A stretch of 64,000 bases of DNA from positions 124,001 to 188,000 of the IMG/VR virus record IMGVR_UViG_3300031576_000001. One strand, written 5' to 3'. Made by a program: the position numbers and the translations under genes. Shown here piece after piece: positions 11,379-21,495 of the stretch. Position 1 is the stretch's first letter. The number at the start of each line of letters is the position of its first letter. The notes below the pieces were generated by a model. It did no database searches. It was not told the origin of the DNA and saw nothing but the letters and a program-made list of their open reading frames with translations.

Positions 11379-13445
11379 ATGCCAGACTATCGCCCCGGTC
11401 AACGTGTTACAACCTCTTTGGAGGACAACGCCAAGTATTACGACCCTGACCTGTACAGTGCGCTCCTTACGTTTTCTAACTCGCTGACACTGGACCCGGA
11501 CGAGCTAAGCGAGAACTTCCTACCTCTTCATGGGGCGAAGCCTAACCCAAAGCCCTTTGTGGTGGGCGTACTACCCCCCAACTTGCCTATCACAGGGCGC
11601 ATTCTGGATCGGTCTGCGTCTATTGCGGCTCAGGAGCAGCTAGGTACGGCTGTCCCACAGACCGTGCCGGCGGGTCAAGCTGTCCCTGGTAACCCCGGTG
11701 CCGCTGGCGCGGGTGGTCCTAACGCTCTCTCCACCGATGCACAGCCTGGCGTGGGGGGAGCCAACCTGCCCCCGTCGTTCTGGAACAAGTACGTAGAAAT
11801 GTGCAACAGGTTGGGTATTCACCCCCTGGAACTGGTCATTGTGATCAACAATGAGTCAGGGTTCAAGCCGGGTAGTCAGAATTTCACCACCAAGAAGGGG
11901 CGTGCCAAAGAGGCGGTAGCCAAGGGGTTGAACCAGCTTACCAAGGCGACGGCTAAGTCCAAAGGAATGACCGAGGAGGAGTGGTCCACCTACCAGAACA
12001 TGAGTGCCGAGGACCAACTCTACTGGGTTGAGAAATTCTACCAGGGTCACGGCGGCAAGGACACACTTGACCTCTACAGGGTTACCTTTGGGGGGTACGC
12101 TGGGCACAAGGATGAGAAGCTCAACAACCCAGACGGTTCCCTCTACGCTTCCAAAGAATGGCAGGCTAAGTACACAGCAGATCATCCCGGTACGGTATGG
12201 CCCTTTCCAGGGAGTAACGACTCTTCCTACTACTCCAACATAAATCTCGACATAGCTGAAGGATCGTTTGCTGCGCTTGTCGGGCATATTGACCCCAAGA
12301 ATCCTCCACGCAAGGGCTGGATTGGTGAATCTGATTTGCGTAGAATCATTGGTAATGGGTACCCTTCTGACCTCAATGACCGTATAGAGGCTGCCCAGAA
12401 GGCAGTGGGTAACAGCAAGGGGACACCACCACAGCGCCCCGGGGCTGCCGGGGGTGGGGGCGCGGGGGGTACTACCAATGCTTGGGCTAGCGGGGGTAGT
12501 AGCGCCGCCCAGGCTGCACACCGCCGCATTAGTAAACTGGCTACAGGGGACGTGAACCTCACCACGGGGCTCGGTCAAGACCTCAGAACCCTCCAAGAGG
12601 CGTATATTCGCGAGGTCTCCGCTCAGGCGGCGGCCATGAGGGATGCGCCCCCCCTCCGCTTGCTCGTCAACCCTAGCTCCTTCAAGGTAGCCTCTGAGAA
12701 GGTCATATCTGATGGTACTGGGGGTAGGTACGGACCCATTGTTGAGCACTGGGGTGACGGTCAAGACAAAATAGACTTCTCTGGTAAGATTGCCGCCTTC
12801 TACACGGTGGACCCCGCGGGCGAGACAAGAGGTTCCGGGCTATCGCGCGCCAGCCGTAACTTCTCAGCCTCGTTCAAGAACTTCATGAGCCTGTACCTGC
12901 TCTATCGAAACAATGGGGCGTTGTACACGCTGGCAGACCCCACGCAGCCCCCCACATTTACCGCCGTGGGTACGGTCTACCTGTATTACGATGGCATTCT
13001 CTATCTGGGCTCCTTTGACACGTTTTCGATTACAGAGTCGGAGGATATACCGTACTCCCTGGAATACTCTCTCACGTTCACCGTGAGAATGGAGTTCCAG
13101 CTTGACTTGCAGATTGACGAGACGTTTGCTTACGGCGCACCACGAAACCTCAGCAAGCAACCCATACAAACTACCAGTGACCCCTTCAACCCCGCGCTAG
13201 CTACTGTCTACAACTCCACGGTCAGGAGCAATGTCAAGAGGTTCGAGGCCAGTCGCGATTGGATAGCAAAGCACCCTGACGAATGGGCTAAGTACATGAG
13301 CGGTACACCGCAGTCTACTACTACGCCCTCTCCGTTGCCAGGGACGGGGACGACCACGCAGCCTGCCACAGCCCCGGAGACCAAGGAACAGACCAACGCC
13401 AGGATCTTCCTCTTGATAAGCAACACCAACACGGGTAAGAAGTAA
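11379..13445 (+). CDS. tail hub protein with lytic transglycosylase-like domain and C-terminal tube-initiator-like domain
   Basis: 'INNESGFKP...GLNQL...MSAEDQL.WVEKFY' lysozyme-like motif; C-terminal domain paralogous to 10450 (LLVNPSS...VEHW...YLGSFDTFSITE..PY). Confidence 0.65.
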   Translation: MPDYRPGQRVTTSLEDNAKYYDPDLYSALLTFSNSLTLDPDELSENFLPLHGAKPNPKPFVVGVLPPNLPITGRILDRSASIAAQEQLGTAVPQTVPAGQAVPGNPGAAGAGGPNALSTDAQPGVGGANLPPSFWNKYVEMCNRLGIHPLELVIVINNESGFKPGSQNFTTKKGRAKEAVAKGLNQLTKATAKSKGMTEEEWSTYQNMSAEDQLYWVEKFYQGHGGKDTLDLYRVTFGGYAGHKDEKLNNPDGSLYASKEWQAKYTADHPGTVWPFPGSNDSSYYSNINLDIAEGSFAALVGHIDPKNPPRKGWIGESDLRRIIGNGYPSDLNDRIEAAQKAVGNSKGTPPQRPGAAGGGGAGGTTNAWASGGSSAAQAAHRRISKLATGDVNLTTGLGQDLRTLQEAYIREVSAQAAAMRDAPPLRLLVNPSSFKVASEKVISDGTGGRYGPIVEHWGDGQDKIDFSGKIAAFYTVDPAGETRGSGLSRASRNFSASFKNFMSLYLLYRNNGALYTLADPTQPPTFTAVGTVYLYYDGILYLGSFDTFSITESEDIPYSLEYSLTFTVRMEFQLDLQIDETFAYGAPRNLSKQPIQTTSDPFNPALATVYNSTVRSNVKRFEASRDWIAKHPDEWAKYMSGTPQSTTTPSPLPGTGTTTQPATAPETKEQTNARIFLLISNTNTGKK

Positions 13446-13449
13446 CCCC

Positions 13450-16400
13450 ATGGCTCGCAGTCCCTTCTCCGGCACGTTTACCCCCAACGTCAGACCTACC
13501 GTGGTCATGGCGCCTGACGCCAAGGTGCTCATCAACGGGGAGAGTGAGCTAATCGGGTGCCCCTCTTGCCGTAAGCAGTTTGACATCAACAAGTTTGTCA
13601 CCAGCGTTCAGGTGGACCTCAACGTAGACAGTGCCCCCGGTAGCGCCACGATTAGCCTCTCTGTACCCAGGCACACCGTAGACGACATCTTCTTTGACGG
13701 GGAGGTCATCCTGTCCCCCATGATGGAGATCGAGGTCTTTGCTAAAGGCTACTTCCTTGTCGAGGGCGTGCCTCAGTATTACCCTATATTCTGGGGATTG
13801 ATAACCGAGGTAGGTGTCTCTCAGTCGGGGAGTGACACCACGGTAAGCATTCAGTGTGCAGACATTCTCAAGTGGTGGGAGCTGTGCATGATCAACGTCA
13901 ACCCGGCGTACCTTTCCCCTGTGGGCACGGGTCAGCAAGGGTGGTCCATCTTCGGTAACGTGCTCTTCGGTCGTAACCCTTACGATATGATCTTCACCCT
14001 GGCTAACCAGTCCTTCGGGGACATCGTGGTTGGTACGGGCTCTCTGGTCTCCCTTCACAAAGAGGCTGACCAACCCAAGGTCTTCAAGGCTGCCATCGGG
14101 GAAATGATGCTCTACTGGGAAAAGAGGTTCTCCCGCATAAGAAGCAACCTCTTGCTGTACGGCGTGAACGGTGTTGCCGTCCGTGGGGCTTCTATCTCCG
14201 AGGAAGTCGCTGCGGGCAAAGCCAAGAACAAAGGCAACTTTGTCTCGTCCGTTATCTTCGGGGCAAATGGCTCTGACCCTCAGTCTGTCTTTGATCCGAC
14301 TAGCCCAGCCGTCACTGCGTTTCGTACACAATTCATGAATGCTGGCGACTTGAACTTTTACCAAGCGGAGTTTCAATCCAAGCTAGAGATCGCCAACCTA
14401 TGCAAGGACGCTATTGGGTTTGAGTTTTACATGGACGTGACGGGGGACATTGTATTCAAGCCCCCCTTTTACAACCTCGACGTGGTAGCTAACAAGCCGG
14501 TCTCTTGGATACAGGACATTGACATTATCTCGGAGGACTTCTCCGAGTCAGAAGCAGAAGTCATCACTCAGATCCAGTGTACCGGCTCACCCTACGGTAA
14601 CATTGACTACGGTATGCCCGAAGAGCTAACGCCCCACGTCACGGTCACGGACTATCACTTGCTAAGGCGTTACGGCTGGCGGACGCACTCTTACGACAGT
14701 ACCTTCATGGGGTCCAACGTGCAAATGTTCTACCACGGTATGGACATTTTGGACCGGATGAATGCAAAGAGACACCGCGGTACTGTGAGTATTCCTCTTC
14801 GCCCTGAGCTTAGGCTAGGCTTCCCGGTCTACATACCACACAAGGACCAGATTTGGTATGTCACGGGCATAAGTCACAATATCGAGTTTGGTGGGCGTGC
14901 GCAGACCACGCTGACGCTTACCGCCAAGAGGGGTAAGTTTCACGCCCCCAAGGGTATCGGTACGTTTCAGAGCAAAGGGCAAGCCAAGCCGCCCCAGGGT
15001 AAGCTCAACCCCAAGTCAATAAGGGCACAGAAGTTTGAACTAAAGCTAGGCGCTGCCGCTACCTTCCCGCCGGATGTACTACAGAAGGACGACGCACAGG
15101 GGGCAGCACCGTATGAGCCCCTCTTGCTCAGGCACCCCAAGACCGGGCGCTCTCTGGGTTACCCTAACGTGGTCATGGTGTACACCCGCCCCTTCAAGCC
15201 TGACCCTGCCACCATGGCTCAGACGCAAGGCAAGAAGCCCAATGGTCCTGTCTCGGCGGTAGCTAAGAAGCAACAAGCGGAGTACAAGGCGAACCAGAAA
15301 GCGGACGCCAAGAAGCAATCCGAGGGACTCAATGCTATCTTCGATGACGACAAGATACAACTTCTCAGGGAAAAGCTGGACCGTAACAAGTACAGCTACG
15401 GTCTTACCACGGCGGGCGTCTACGTCTACGCTTACGACAAGGGGGGCTGGATCAACCAGTTTGCCCTCGTCCCGGGTAGCAATATCTCGGTCCTCAACAG
15501 CCAGGGTGACCCTGACGCCAAGGTGGTACAGCAAAACCAGAGCGTTCTCATCCGTCCTGTGTCCGACGAGCGAGGCTTCGAGCTAGTGGGTAACTACCGT
15601 TACGGTCGAGGCGTCTCTTTGCGTGACGGTTCCCTTGTTATCACGAATGGCAAGACCAATGCGCTGGCGACCATTAGCCTGCAAACGGCGGTTTCCGGTG
15701 ATCTGTTTGCCACGCTAGCGGCTGCCTCTCAGGGGCTCACCACGATTTACACCGGAGAGGGTAACCCCGCCGAGACTTTGGCACAGTTGAACCCCACGCA
15801 AGACCGCGACTTGCAGACCGCGGTTACGCTTCAACCGGACGGGTCCGCTGTACTTATCCAGGGCACACCCAACTTCGTTGACGCCGCCCCGCTGGGCTCC
15901 CCCGAGGAGCAAGGCACCTTCCCCAGCGTAGAGGCGGGTCAACTGTCACGCGCCCTCACGCTAGCCGAGCTAGGCAGGTTCAACGAGAAGGCGCCGGAGG
16001 AGAACTGCGTGTGCCTCTCGGGGCGGCAAGAACTAGCCTTCTTGAACACGGGCTACCAAGTCGAGACGCTGACCGCCAGCGGAGCGGACCCCAGCAAGCT
16101 CTTCGGGAAGCTGGCGGACCTGGATATTACCGTTACTGCCTCTTCTACGGCTCGGTTTACGGGCGTTGACCCGGAGCACCGGAGCCCCCTCCAACCTACC
16201 AAGCTCTCCTACAAGGAGGTGCAGGGTAAGATAGACACCTTCCTTTACAACCTGTACAGCGCCCTAGACGCCCCTCACCAAGCCTACGAGCGCATTCTAC
16301 GTGGGCAACCCCTCTCCGAGGACGTTCTACCCACCACGCCAGGCGCGAGCCCGAATAGCGGCATAGCACCCCCCTTCAATGGGCTACGTAGGCAGGCTCT

Positions 16401-16686
16401 TGGTGACCCCGCTGCCATCGCTCAGGACTACCAGGCGAGCGGTAACCGGGTTGACCAAGTGCTCGACAAGTTCGCCAAGGATACCAAGAAGGGCGAGCAA
16501 TTGGCTAACCTGCAAGCCCAGATTGCACAAGCCAAGCTGGACAAGAAGCTGCTTGACATTGAGGTCAGCAGCCTTGGTCCCTCCGATTCTGAGGCTAAGA
16601 GGCAACAAGTGCTCAAGGCTCTCTTTGAGACAGAGCAGAATATAGCCAACTTGGAGCTACGCTACCAGCAAGCGGTCTCTTCGTGA
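13450..16686 (+). CDS. putative baseplate hub protein (gp27/late control D-like)
   Basis: 'FEFYMDVTGDIVFKPPFYN' and 'LRPELRLGFPV...WYVTGISH' hub motifs; position before spike. Confidence 0.7.
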   Translation: MARSPFSGTFTPNVRPTVVMAPDAKVLINGESELIGCPSCRKQFDINKFVTSVQVDLNVDSAPGSATISLSVPRHTVDDIFFDGEVILSPMMEIEVFAKGYFLVEGVPQYYPIFWGLITEVGVSQSGSDTTVSIQCADILKWWELCMINVNPAYLSPVGTGQQGWSIFGNVLFGRNPYDMIFTLANQSFGDIVVGTGSLVSLHKEADQPKVFKAAIGEMMLYWEKRFSRIRSNLLLYGVNGVAVRGASISEEVAAGKAKNKGNFVSSVIFGANGSDPQSVFDPTSPAVTAFRTQFMNAGDLNFYQAEFQSKLEIANLCKDAIGFEFYMDVTGDIVFKPPFYNLDVVANKPVSWIQDIDIISEDFSESEAEVITQIQCTGSPYGNIDYGMPEELTPHVTVTDYHLLRRYGWRTHSYDSTFMGSNVQMFYHGMDILDRMNAKRHRGTVSIPLRPELRLGFPVYIPHKDQIWYVTGISHNIEFGGRAQTTLTLTAKRGKFHAPKGIGTFQSKGQAKPPQGKLNPKSIRAQKFELKLGAAATFPPDVLQKDDAQGAAPYEPLLLRHPKTGRSLGYPNVVMVYTRPFKPDPATMAQTQGKKPNGPVSAVAKKQQAEYKANQKADAKKQSEGLNAIFDDDKIQLLREKLDRNKYSYGLTTAGVYVYAYDKGGWINQFALVPGSNISVLNSQGDPDAKVVQQNQSVLIRPVSDERGFELVGNYRYGRGVSLRDGSLVITNGKTNALATISLQTAVSGDLFATLAAASQGLTTIYTGEGNPAETLAQLNPTQDRDLQTAVTLQPDGSAVLIQGTPNFVDAAPLGSPEEQGTFPSVEAGQLSRALTLAELGRFNEKAPEENCVCLSGRQELAFLNTGYQVETLTASGADPSKLFGKLADLDITVTASSTARFTGVDPEHRSPLQPTKLSYKEVQGKIDTFLYNLYSALDAPHQAYERILRGQPLSEDVLPTTPGASPNSGIAPPFNGLRRQALGDPAAIAQDYQASGNRVDQVLDKFAKDTKKGEQLANLQAQIAQAKLDKKLLDIEVSSLGPSDSEAKRQQVLKALFETEQNIANLELRYQQAVSS

Positions 16687-16713
16687 CGCCCCGCGTGGTA
16701 CACTGAAAGCCCT

Positions 16714-18870
16714 ATGAGCACCTGGAATCAAGGCAAACCGCTGGGCGTCAACCCTTTCAGGGACTTCGTAGACCAAGACAACCCCTTCATGGGGCTACGC
16801 CTGGGTACAATCTCGCGCGTTGACCCCGTGAACATGAAGGTGGACGTGACCCTCCTTACCGGGGGCCCAAGCAAGAGGATCGAGGTCTCCCTTACCCAGG
16901 GGCTCGCCGGTCCCCGTAGCTTCCTTGGGGGCGTCCCCGAAGAGGGCTCTGTGGTGGTCTGTGGCTTCCGTCGTCAGCATAAAAACGCCTTTGACCTGCA
17001 CATTCTCGGCTACCTCTCCGTGGGTAACAAGACCGGGGCGAGGTTTGACCCCTTTGCCATCACGGACCCCGCCGAGCTTTCCCCCGAAGACAGGGAAGTC
17101 TACGACACCGTTTATGGTCCCCTTACCCGCATGAAGCGGTTGCAGCTTCGCCCAGGGGACATAGGCGCCATGAGTAGCTCTGGGTCTGAGATGACCCTCT
17201 CTCGTGATTTGCGCCTGTGTAACCGAGCGGGTGACTTGATTGAGCTTAGAGACGCCGAGAGGTCACTTGTTACCCAGGCTTTGCACCGGATAGGGTCAAC
17301 GGGCGCCGCGTACCTCTACTCTGGACCGATCCGGCGCGTTGCTTACCTTCCCCCGACCGAGATAACCAAAGAGGGCTCCCTGGCGTTTGCCAAGGGGTTT
17401 GAGGGTGCGGGCGTGTGGGAAGAGCGTGGCGCGGGGCAGGCGGGCTCTGTCTACCGCTACGCAAAAGACGGCTCACTGGCTAGCTTTCTCGTGGCGCCCT
17501 CGGTCACCACGCTGGCTAACCACCGAAGGGTCTCCTACACAACCCGCCTCTCCGGGGAGGTACCCGATGACCCGGAAGGCTCTGGGTTGGTTTTCACGGA
17601 GAACCGCACAGAGATTCGCCACCTTTCCGACCTCACGCTTGACACGCTCGACGAGATACATGGGTTCTCTTTGACCCGCCCCGTGTCCTACATTGAGCAC
17701 GTCATGGGTACTTTGGTAGGCAACGACGCGGACTCGGCTCAGGGTCAGAGGGTGTATGGCAAGGTACTCCGACCCCGCCTCTTCGCGGACTTCCTGTCTC
17801 ACACCCGGGGCGACTGGGCGCTAGAGGAGGTAGACCGCACCGGCTCTGACCAAGAGGTACTCACGGTCGCTGGCGCCCTCTTGACCAAACTGCAACCTAC
17901 CTACGGCAAGAGCCGGACCCCCTTTGCCTTCGCGGTCAACAAGCAGGGTAAGGTCTACCTCAACGTACCCAAGCCTGGCGTGGACCGTAGCAACCCAGGC
18001 GTATCCGCCGAGGTCAACCTGGAGGGTGCTCTCAAGGCGTACATCGGCGCTGCTAACCCTACTAACACCTCTCTGCACCTCACCCTTGAAGGGGGGGTCA
18101 AGGCTGACATAGGGCATAACACAGAGGGAGGTGGTCAGGGGGGGCAGGCTATCGAGGTCACCTATCACTCGGCGGTACGTCAGGCTTACCGGGGGGAGGG
18201 TAACGACGACAACCTCGCGCTGTCCACGGACGTACAGGGTAACCTGCGACTCACGACGACGGGCGAGCGTCAAGAGACCATCGGAGCCTCGTACTTGCTA
18301 AACGTCTCGGGGATGCTGCAAGCCGGCGCTGACCGGGTAAACGTCAACGCCTCCTCTGGGTACAGTGGAAATTACGGGGAGCTAAACCTGCTTGTCGCGG
18401 GCAAGAGTCAGCACAACTACGCGCTGGCGGTTCTGGAGACCATCGTGGCAGGGGGGCGCCAGACCACGGTTCTTGCTGGGGGCATGACGGAGACCATCGT
18501 GGTGGGCGCCAAGAGCTTCTCTGTCCTGGGGGGTGCCTTCCTGACCCATGTTGCCGCCGGGGCGTACACGGTCAGCGTGGGGACGGGGGCTATTACCCTG
18601 TCCACCGTGGCCGGCGCCGTGGTGGTTACCGCGGGCTCGGGGGCAATGACGCTTACCTCGGGTCTAGCGCTGGCGATAACGGCGGGTCTAGCCATGACAC
18701 TGACCGCCTCTACGCTCATCGCCCTCACGGCTCCCCAGGTTCTACTAGGCGCACCGATAGCCCCTCTGGGCGTGTGCCGCGGTGTCCCTCTTCTCCCCCC
18801 CGGGGTACCTACGCTTGACCTGATTACGGGACTGCCCTTGCCAGGCAGCCTCTTGGTTAGGTCTATTTAG
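16714..18870 (+). CDS. putative baseplate central spike (gp5/GpV/VgrG-like)
   Basis: N-terminal OB-fold-like 'GTISRVDP...GGVPEEGSVVVCGF'; C-terminal Gly/Ala/Thr/Val beta-helix-like repeats; preceded by TGGTACACT at 16696. Confidence 0.7.
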   Translation: MSTWNQGKPLGVNPFRDFVDQDNPFMGLRLGTISRVDPVNMKVDVTLLTGGPSKRIEVSLTQGLAGPRSFLGGVPEEGSVVVCGFRRQHKNAFDLHILGYLSVGNKTGARFDPFAITDPAELSPEDREVYDTVYGPLTRMKRLQLRPGDIGAMSSSGSEMTLSRDLRLCNRAGDLIELRDAERSLVTQALHRIGSTGAAYLYSGPIRRVAYLPPTEITKEGSLAFAKGFEGAGVWEERGAGQAGSVYRYAKDGSLASFLVAPSVTTLANHRRVSYTTRLSGEVPDDPEGSGLVFTENRTEIRHLSDLTLDTLDEIHGFSLTRPVSYIEHVMGTLVGNDADSAQGQRVYGKVLRPRLFADFLSHTRGDWALEEVDRTGSDQEVLTVAGALLTKLQPTYGKSRTPFAFAVNKQGKVYLNVPKPGVDRSNPGVSAEVNLEGALKAYIGAANPTNTSLHLTLEGGVKADIGHNTEGGGQGGQAIEVTYHSAVRQAYRGEGNDDNLALSTDVQGNLRLTTTGERQETIGASYLLNVSGMLQAGADRVNVNASSGYSGNYGELNLLVAGKSQHNYALAVLETIVAGGRQTTVLAGGMTETIVVGAKSFSVLGGAFLTHVAAGAYTVSVGTGAITLSTVAGAVVVTAGSGAMTLTSGLALAITAGLAMTLTASTLIALTAPQVLLGAPIAPLGVCRGVPLLPPGVPTLDLITGLPLPGSLLVRSI

Positions 18871-19063
18871 GCAAGCTGTCGATCTTGCTCTCAAGAAACT
18901 CTGCGGTCGCGTGGTTGAGCGTTATACCCGCGCAGGCGGTAGCTAGGGTTTGCGTAGAGACGCCAAACTCCTCTGCAATCTTGCCAAGGGTGCTGGCTTT
19001 CACGCGATTGGTCAGGAACACTTGGTACTGTGACGCTATGGGGCGACGACGAGACTTGCTCAT
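18863..19063 (-). CDS. small protein, possible helix-turn-helix
   Basis: 'LGKIAEEFGVSTQTLAT' HTH-like pattern. Confidence 0.55.
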   Translation of the reverse strand: MSKSRRRPIASQYQVFLTNRVKASTLGKIAEEFGVSTQTLATACAGITLNHATAEFLESKIDSLPK

Positions 19064-19104
19064 GGGGAAGTAGTTACACCGCTCACCCTTCTCACGGGTT
19101 AGGG

Positions 19105-19308
19105 CTACTTGATGGCTTCAAGGAGTCGCACTGCGTAGTTGTACCCGCACCTGAGCGAGCAGAAGAAGCTGTTGGACTGGTAACCGTACCCCAGCAACGC
19201 CCCCCTCTGAGCAACGGTTTTGAAGCCTTCCTCCGTGGTAATCTTGACGTAATCTACGTCGTACACGGCAACCAAAGGCTTTTCGCACGTCCGACACGTT
19301 AGCTTCAT
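19105..19308 (-). CDS. small Cys-containing hypothetical protein
   Basis: ATG after GGAG; CRTC and FCSLRC motifs. Confidence 0.6.
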   Translation of the reverse strand: MKLTCRTCEKPLVAVYDVDYVKITTEEGFKTVAQRGALLGYGYQSNSFFCSLRCGYNYAVRLLEAIK

Positions 19309-19325
19309 GGTCTTGTCTCCCCTTC

Positions 19326-19583
19326 TCACTGGTTACTCCGTACCACAGAGGGCTCAAACGCTAGCTCTTCGAGCTTGAACCGACCGAACGGCGTGCAACG
19401 AAACTCACCCTCTTTGACAGGCACGAGCGCCGAGAGGGGGAACCAACCTTGCTCCCCGTTCGCCTGACAGCGGAGAAGCACGGCTTTGCTGGTGCGCTTT
19501 ACCTCTGTGACCTTGAAGACACAGTGGGTGTGATACCCACGCCCGACAAGCGTGGCGGTTATCTTGTAGGTCGGGGCTACCAT
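19326..19583 (-). CDS. hypothetical protein
   Basis: 'TSKAVLL...WFPLS' pattern common in small phage proteins; tight operon spacing. Confidence 0.65.
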   Translation of the reverse strand: MVAPTYKITATLVGRGYHTHCVFKVTEVKRTSKAVLLRCQANGEQGWFPLSALVPVKEGEFRCTPFGRFKLEELAFEPSVVRSNQ

Positions 19584-19588
19584 GACGG

Positions 19589-19933
19589 TCAGCCCACCGC
19601 GAGGAGAGCGTGACCCTTGTCGGTGACGCGGTAGAGGGTGTGATGCTCACCGTAGACCTCCAGGTACCCCTGAGCGACGGCGCGGTCCACCACGTTGACC
19701 CCGTGGAGGGGGTTGTGTTTGGCGCGGGCCTGGACGCCCATCCACCCCTTCTCCCCGTAGGCAAAGTGCCCGAGGGTCTGGCGGGAAGCGGTGATGTGCT
19801 TGCGGCACCCCGCATTCTTGACCACCCAAGCCACGAGCCCTTTGACGTGGCGGGGCAGGATGTTCATGCCCTCGTGCGCCCGGTAGGGGTGCTCGGTGGG
19901 GAGGCTGCTGAGAGAGAAGGTGGAGGTTGCCAT
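19589..19933 (-). CDS. hypothetical protein (possible winged-helix C-terminus)
   Basis: Downstream of conserved promoter motif; 'QGYLE...YRVTDKG' wHTH-like end. Confidence 0.65.
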   Translation of the reverse strand: MATSTFSLSSLPTEHPYRAHEGMNILPRHVKGLVAWVVKNAGCRKHITASRQTLGHFAYGEKGWMGVQARAKHNPLHGVNVVDRAVAQGYLEVYGEHHTLYRVTDKGHALLAVG

Positions 19934-19935
19934 GA

Positions 19936-19968
19936 CCCCTCTTACGCTCAGCCTACCTCACGATTCAC
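19936..19968 (-). promoter_or_regulatory. GTGAAY-N16-YGTAAGAGGGG promoter/RBS motif
   Basis: GTGAAT-16nt-CGTAAGAGGGG-TC-ATG; same spacing at 22023 and 58756. Confidence 0.7.
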
Positions 19969-20354
19969 GGAATTCTCTGGTACGGGTCAGGGATGACCCT
20001 TGCCTTACGAGGGCTAGCGTCCGCCAAGAGGCTGTTTAGTTTCGTGGCTTGCTTTTGAAAAAACTGGGCTACGCGCTCCAATGCCCAGGTTTTTGCAACG
20101 TCGAGACTGCGCCTTGCGAGGCTTTTTGCGGGCATGTGCCAGACGGCAACCTCTTCGCAGGATTGGTAGCTCAACCAAGCGTACCACTTCCCGGTCAGCG
20201 CAGCGCCTTCCAGGGAAGGCGCGCCCCCCCAAGAGGACAGCTCGACGGCGAAGTTATGGTCAAGGTCATAGGTGTAGGTCGTAACACGCCCACACCCTTC
20301 CTGCTCGGTGTCGAGGAGAACCCTCCACCCCTTAGAGGCTTGTTTGTGGTTCAT
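19965..20354 (-). CDS. hypothetical protein
   Basis: TGATG coupling with upstream gene at 20354. Confidence 0.6.
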   Translation of the reverse strand: MNHKQASKGWRVLLDTEQEGCGRVTTYTYDLDHNFAVELSSWGGAPSLEGAALTGKWYAWLSYQSCEEVAVWHMPAKSLARRSLDVAKTWALERVAQFFQKQATKLNSLLADASPRKARVIPDPYQRIP

Positions 20355-20581
20355 CACCATGGACCCTCTCCAAGTGTCGAGGTCTCTTCCCACTTGATCG
20401 CCTTGAAGGACTCCAGGGAAATCCGGGTGTGGCACTCGGGGCAGAGGAGAAAGTAGGACGTGTCGGCAGCCGGGGTGTGATCGAAGTCCGTGGTACGACA
20501 GTCTTTGAGGGTGAAACCGATCCGGCTCCCGCACCTTTGGCAGGAGCACTGGGCAAACTTCTGTGAGATTTTGTACGCCAT
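20354..20581 (-). CDS. small zinc-ribbon protein
   Basis: CQRC...CPEC. Confidence 0.65.
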   Translation of the reverse strand: MAYKISQKFAQCSCQRCGSRIGFTLKDCRTTDFDHTPAADTSYFLLCPECHTRISLESFKAIKWEETSTLGEGPW

Positions 20582-20595
20582 GTGTGTCTCTTAGG

Positions 20596-20745
20596 TAAGC
20601 TGTCTTGCCTGTCTTCGTAAAACGCCTTGGGTTGAACACGCCACCATGGGGTAACCTGGCTACGTTCCTCTTCGCTCATGCCGTGCCAGAGGGCGTCCAG
20701 TCTGTCGATGAGGGTCAGGGTACCTACCCGCTGGTGACTACCCAC
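20596..20745 (-). CDS. small hypothetical protein (start uncertain)
   Basis: 'IDRLDALWHGMSEEER' looks protein-like; first in-frame TTA lies 14 nt before the next ATG at 20581 (standard code runs to 20332). Confidence 0.35.
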
Positions 20746-20827
20746 CCCTCGTCCACGCTTTGCCTGTGCTCGACCAAGATCCAGGCTGCATCGCTGTTGG
20801 TTTGACTCATGGTAGACTCCTTGTATC

Positions 20828-21394
20828 GTGCCTCTTACACCGCCCGGGGTAGCCGCCCCCCTCCTAGCCAGCCTTGTTTCCTTCGGTCACTTGGGTACAC
20901 ACACGCCCACCCTCGCTCAAGGCATTGCCCAAGGCGTAGTGACGTGGGCTCTCTCGGTTACCGTGACCACCGTGGACGTAGGGACGGCGGGCGCTGGGGT
21001 TGGACTTCTACCCCTACCACCCCCACCTACCTTGCTCGCGACTATGCAAGCGGGCTTCCTTGGTCAGGGTATCGTGGGTATCTTTGCACCCCTGACGGCA
21101 AACGCCATTGCCTCGGGGCTTACCGCCGGCTTCCCCCAGGCGCTCATCACCACGACCCACCCCACCGTGGGCGCAGGTACCGCCGTGGCTACCTTTACGG
21201 CTGCGCCCGCCGTGACCTTCCTCTTGGCGGGTTTTGCTTCCGTGGGTTGGACAGGCGCGGCGCTCCCCCAGCTAGCCAGCGCCATCGGTTTCGCCCTGGA
21301 CACGGCTTTCGCTAGTCACGTCGTACCCATCCCTATTGTTGGACCCCCCTCTCCGGTAGCTTCTGGTGGGTTTGGCTTTGGCAGCCTTCTGTGA
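20828..21394 (+). CDS. putative structural protein (spike-associated)
   Basis: Ala/Gly/Pro/Thr-rich with two internal repeats; same strand and composition as the tail module. Confidence 0.6.
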   Translation: MPLTPPGVAAPLLASLVSFGHLGTHTPTLAQGIAQGVVTWALSVTVTTVDVGTAGAGVGLLPLPPPPTLLATMQAGFLGQGIVGIFAPLTANAIASGLTAGFPQALITTTHPTVGAGTAVATFTAAPAVTFLLAGFASVGWTGAALPQLASAIGFALDTAFASHVVPIPIVGPPSPVASGGFGFGSLL

Positions 21395-21495
21395 TCTCTT
21401 AGCTAGCGGAGGGGTGGAATGTGACCCTACAGAAAGCCGTGGGGTAGCCTCCTTTGACAGAGAGGGCGAGCGCCAAGGGGTGTACTCCTCTTGGC

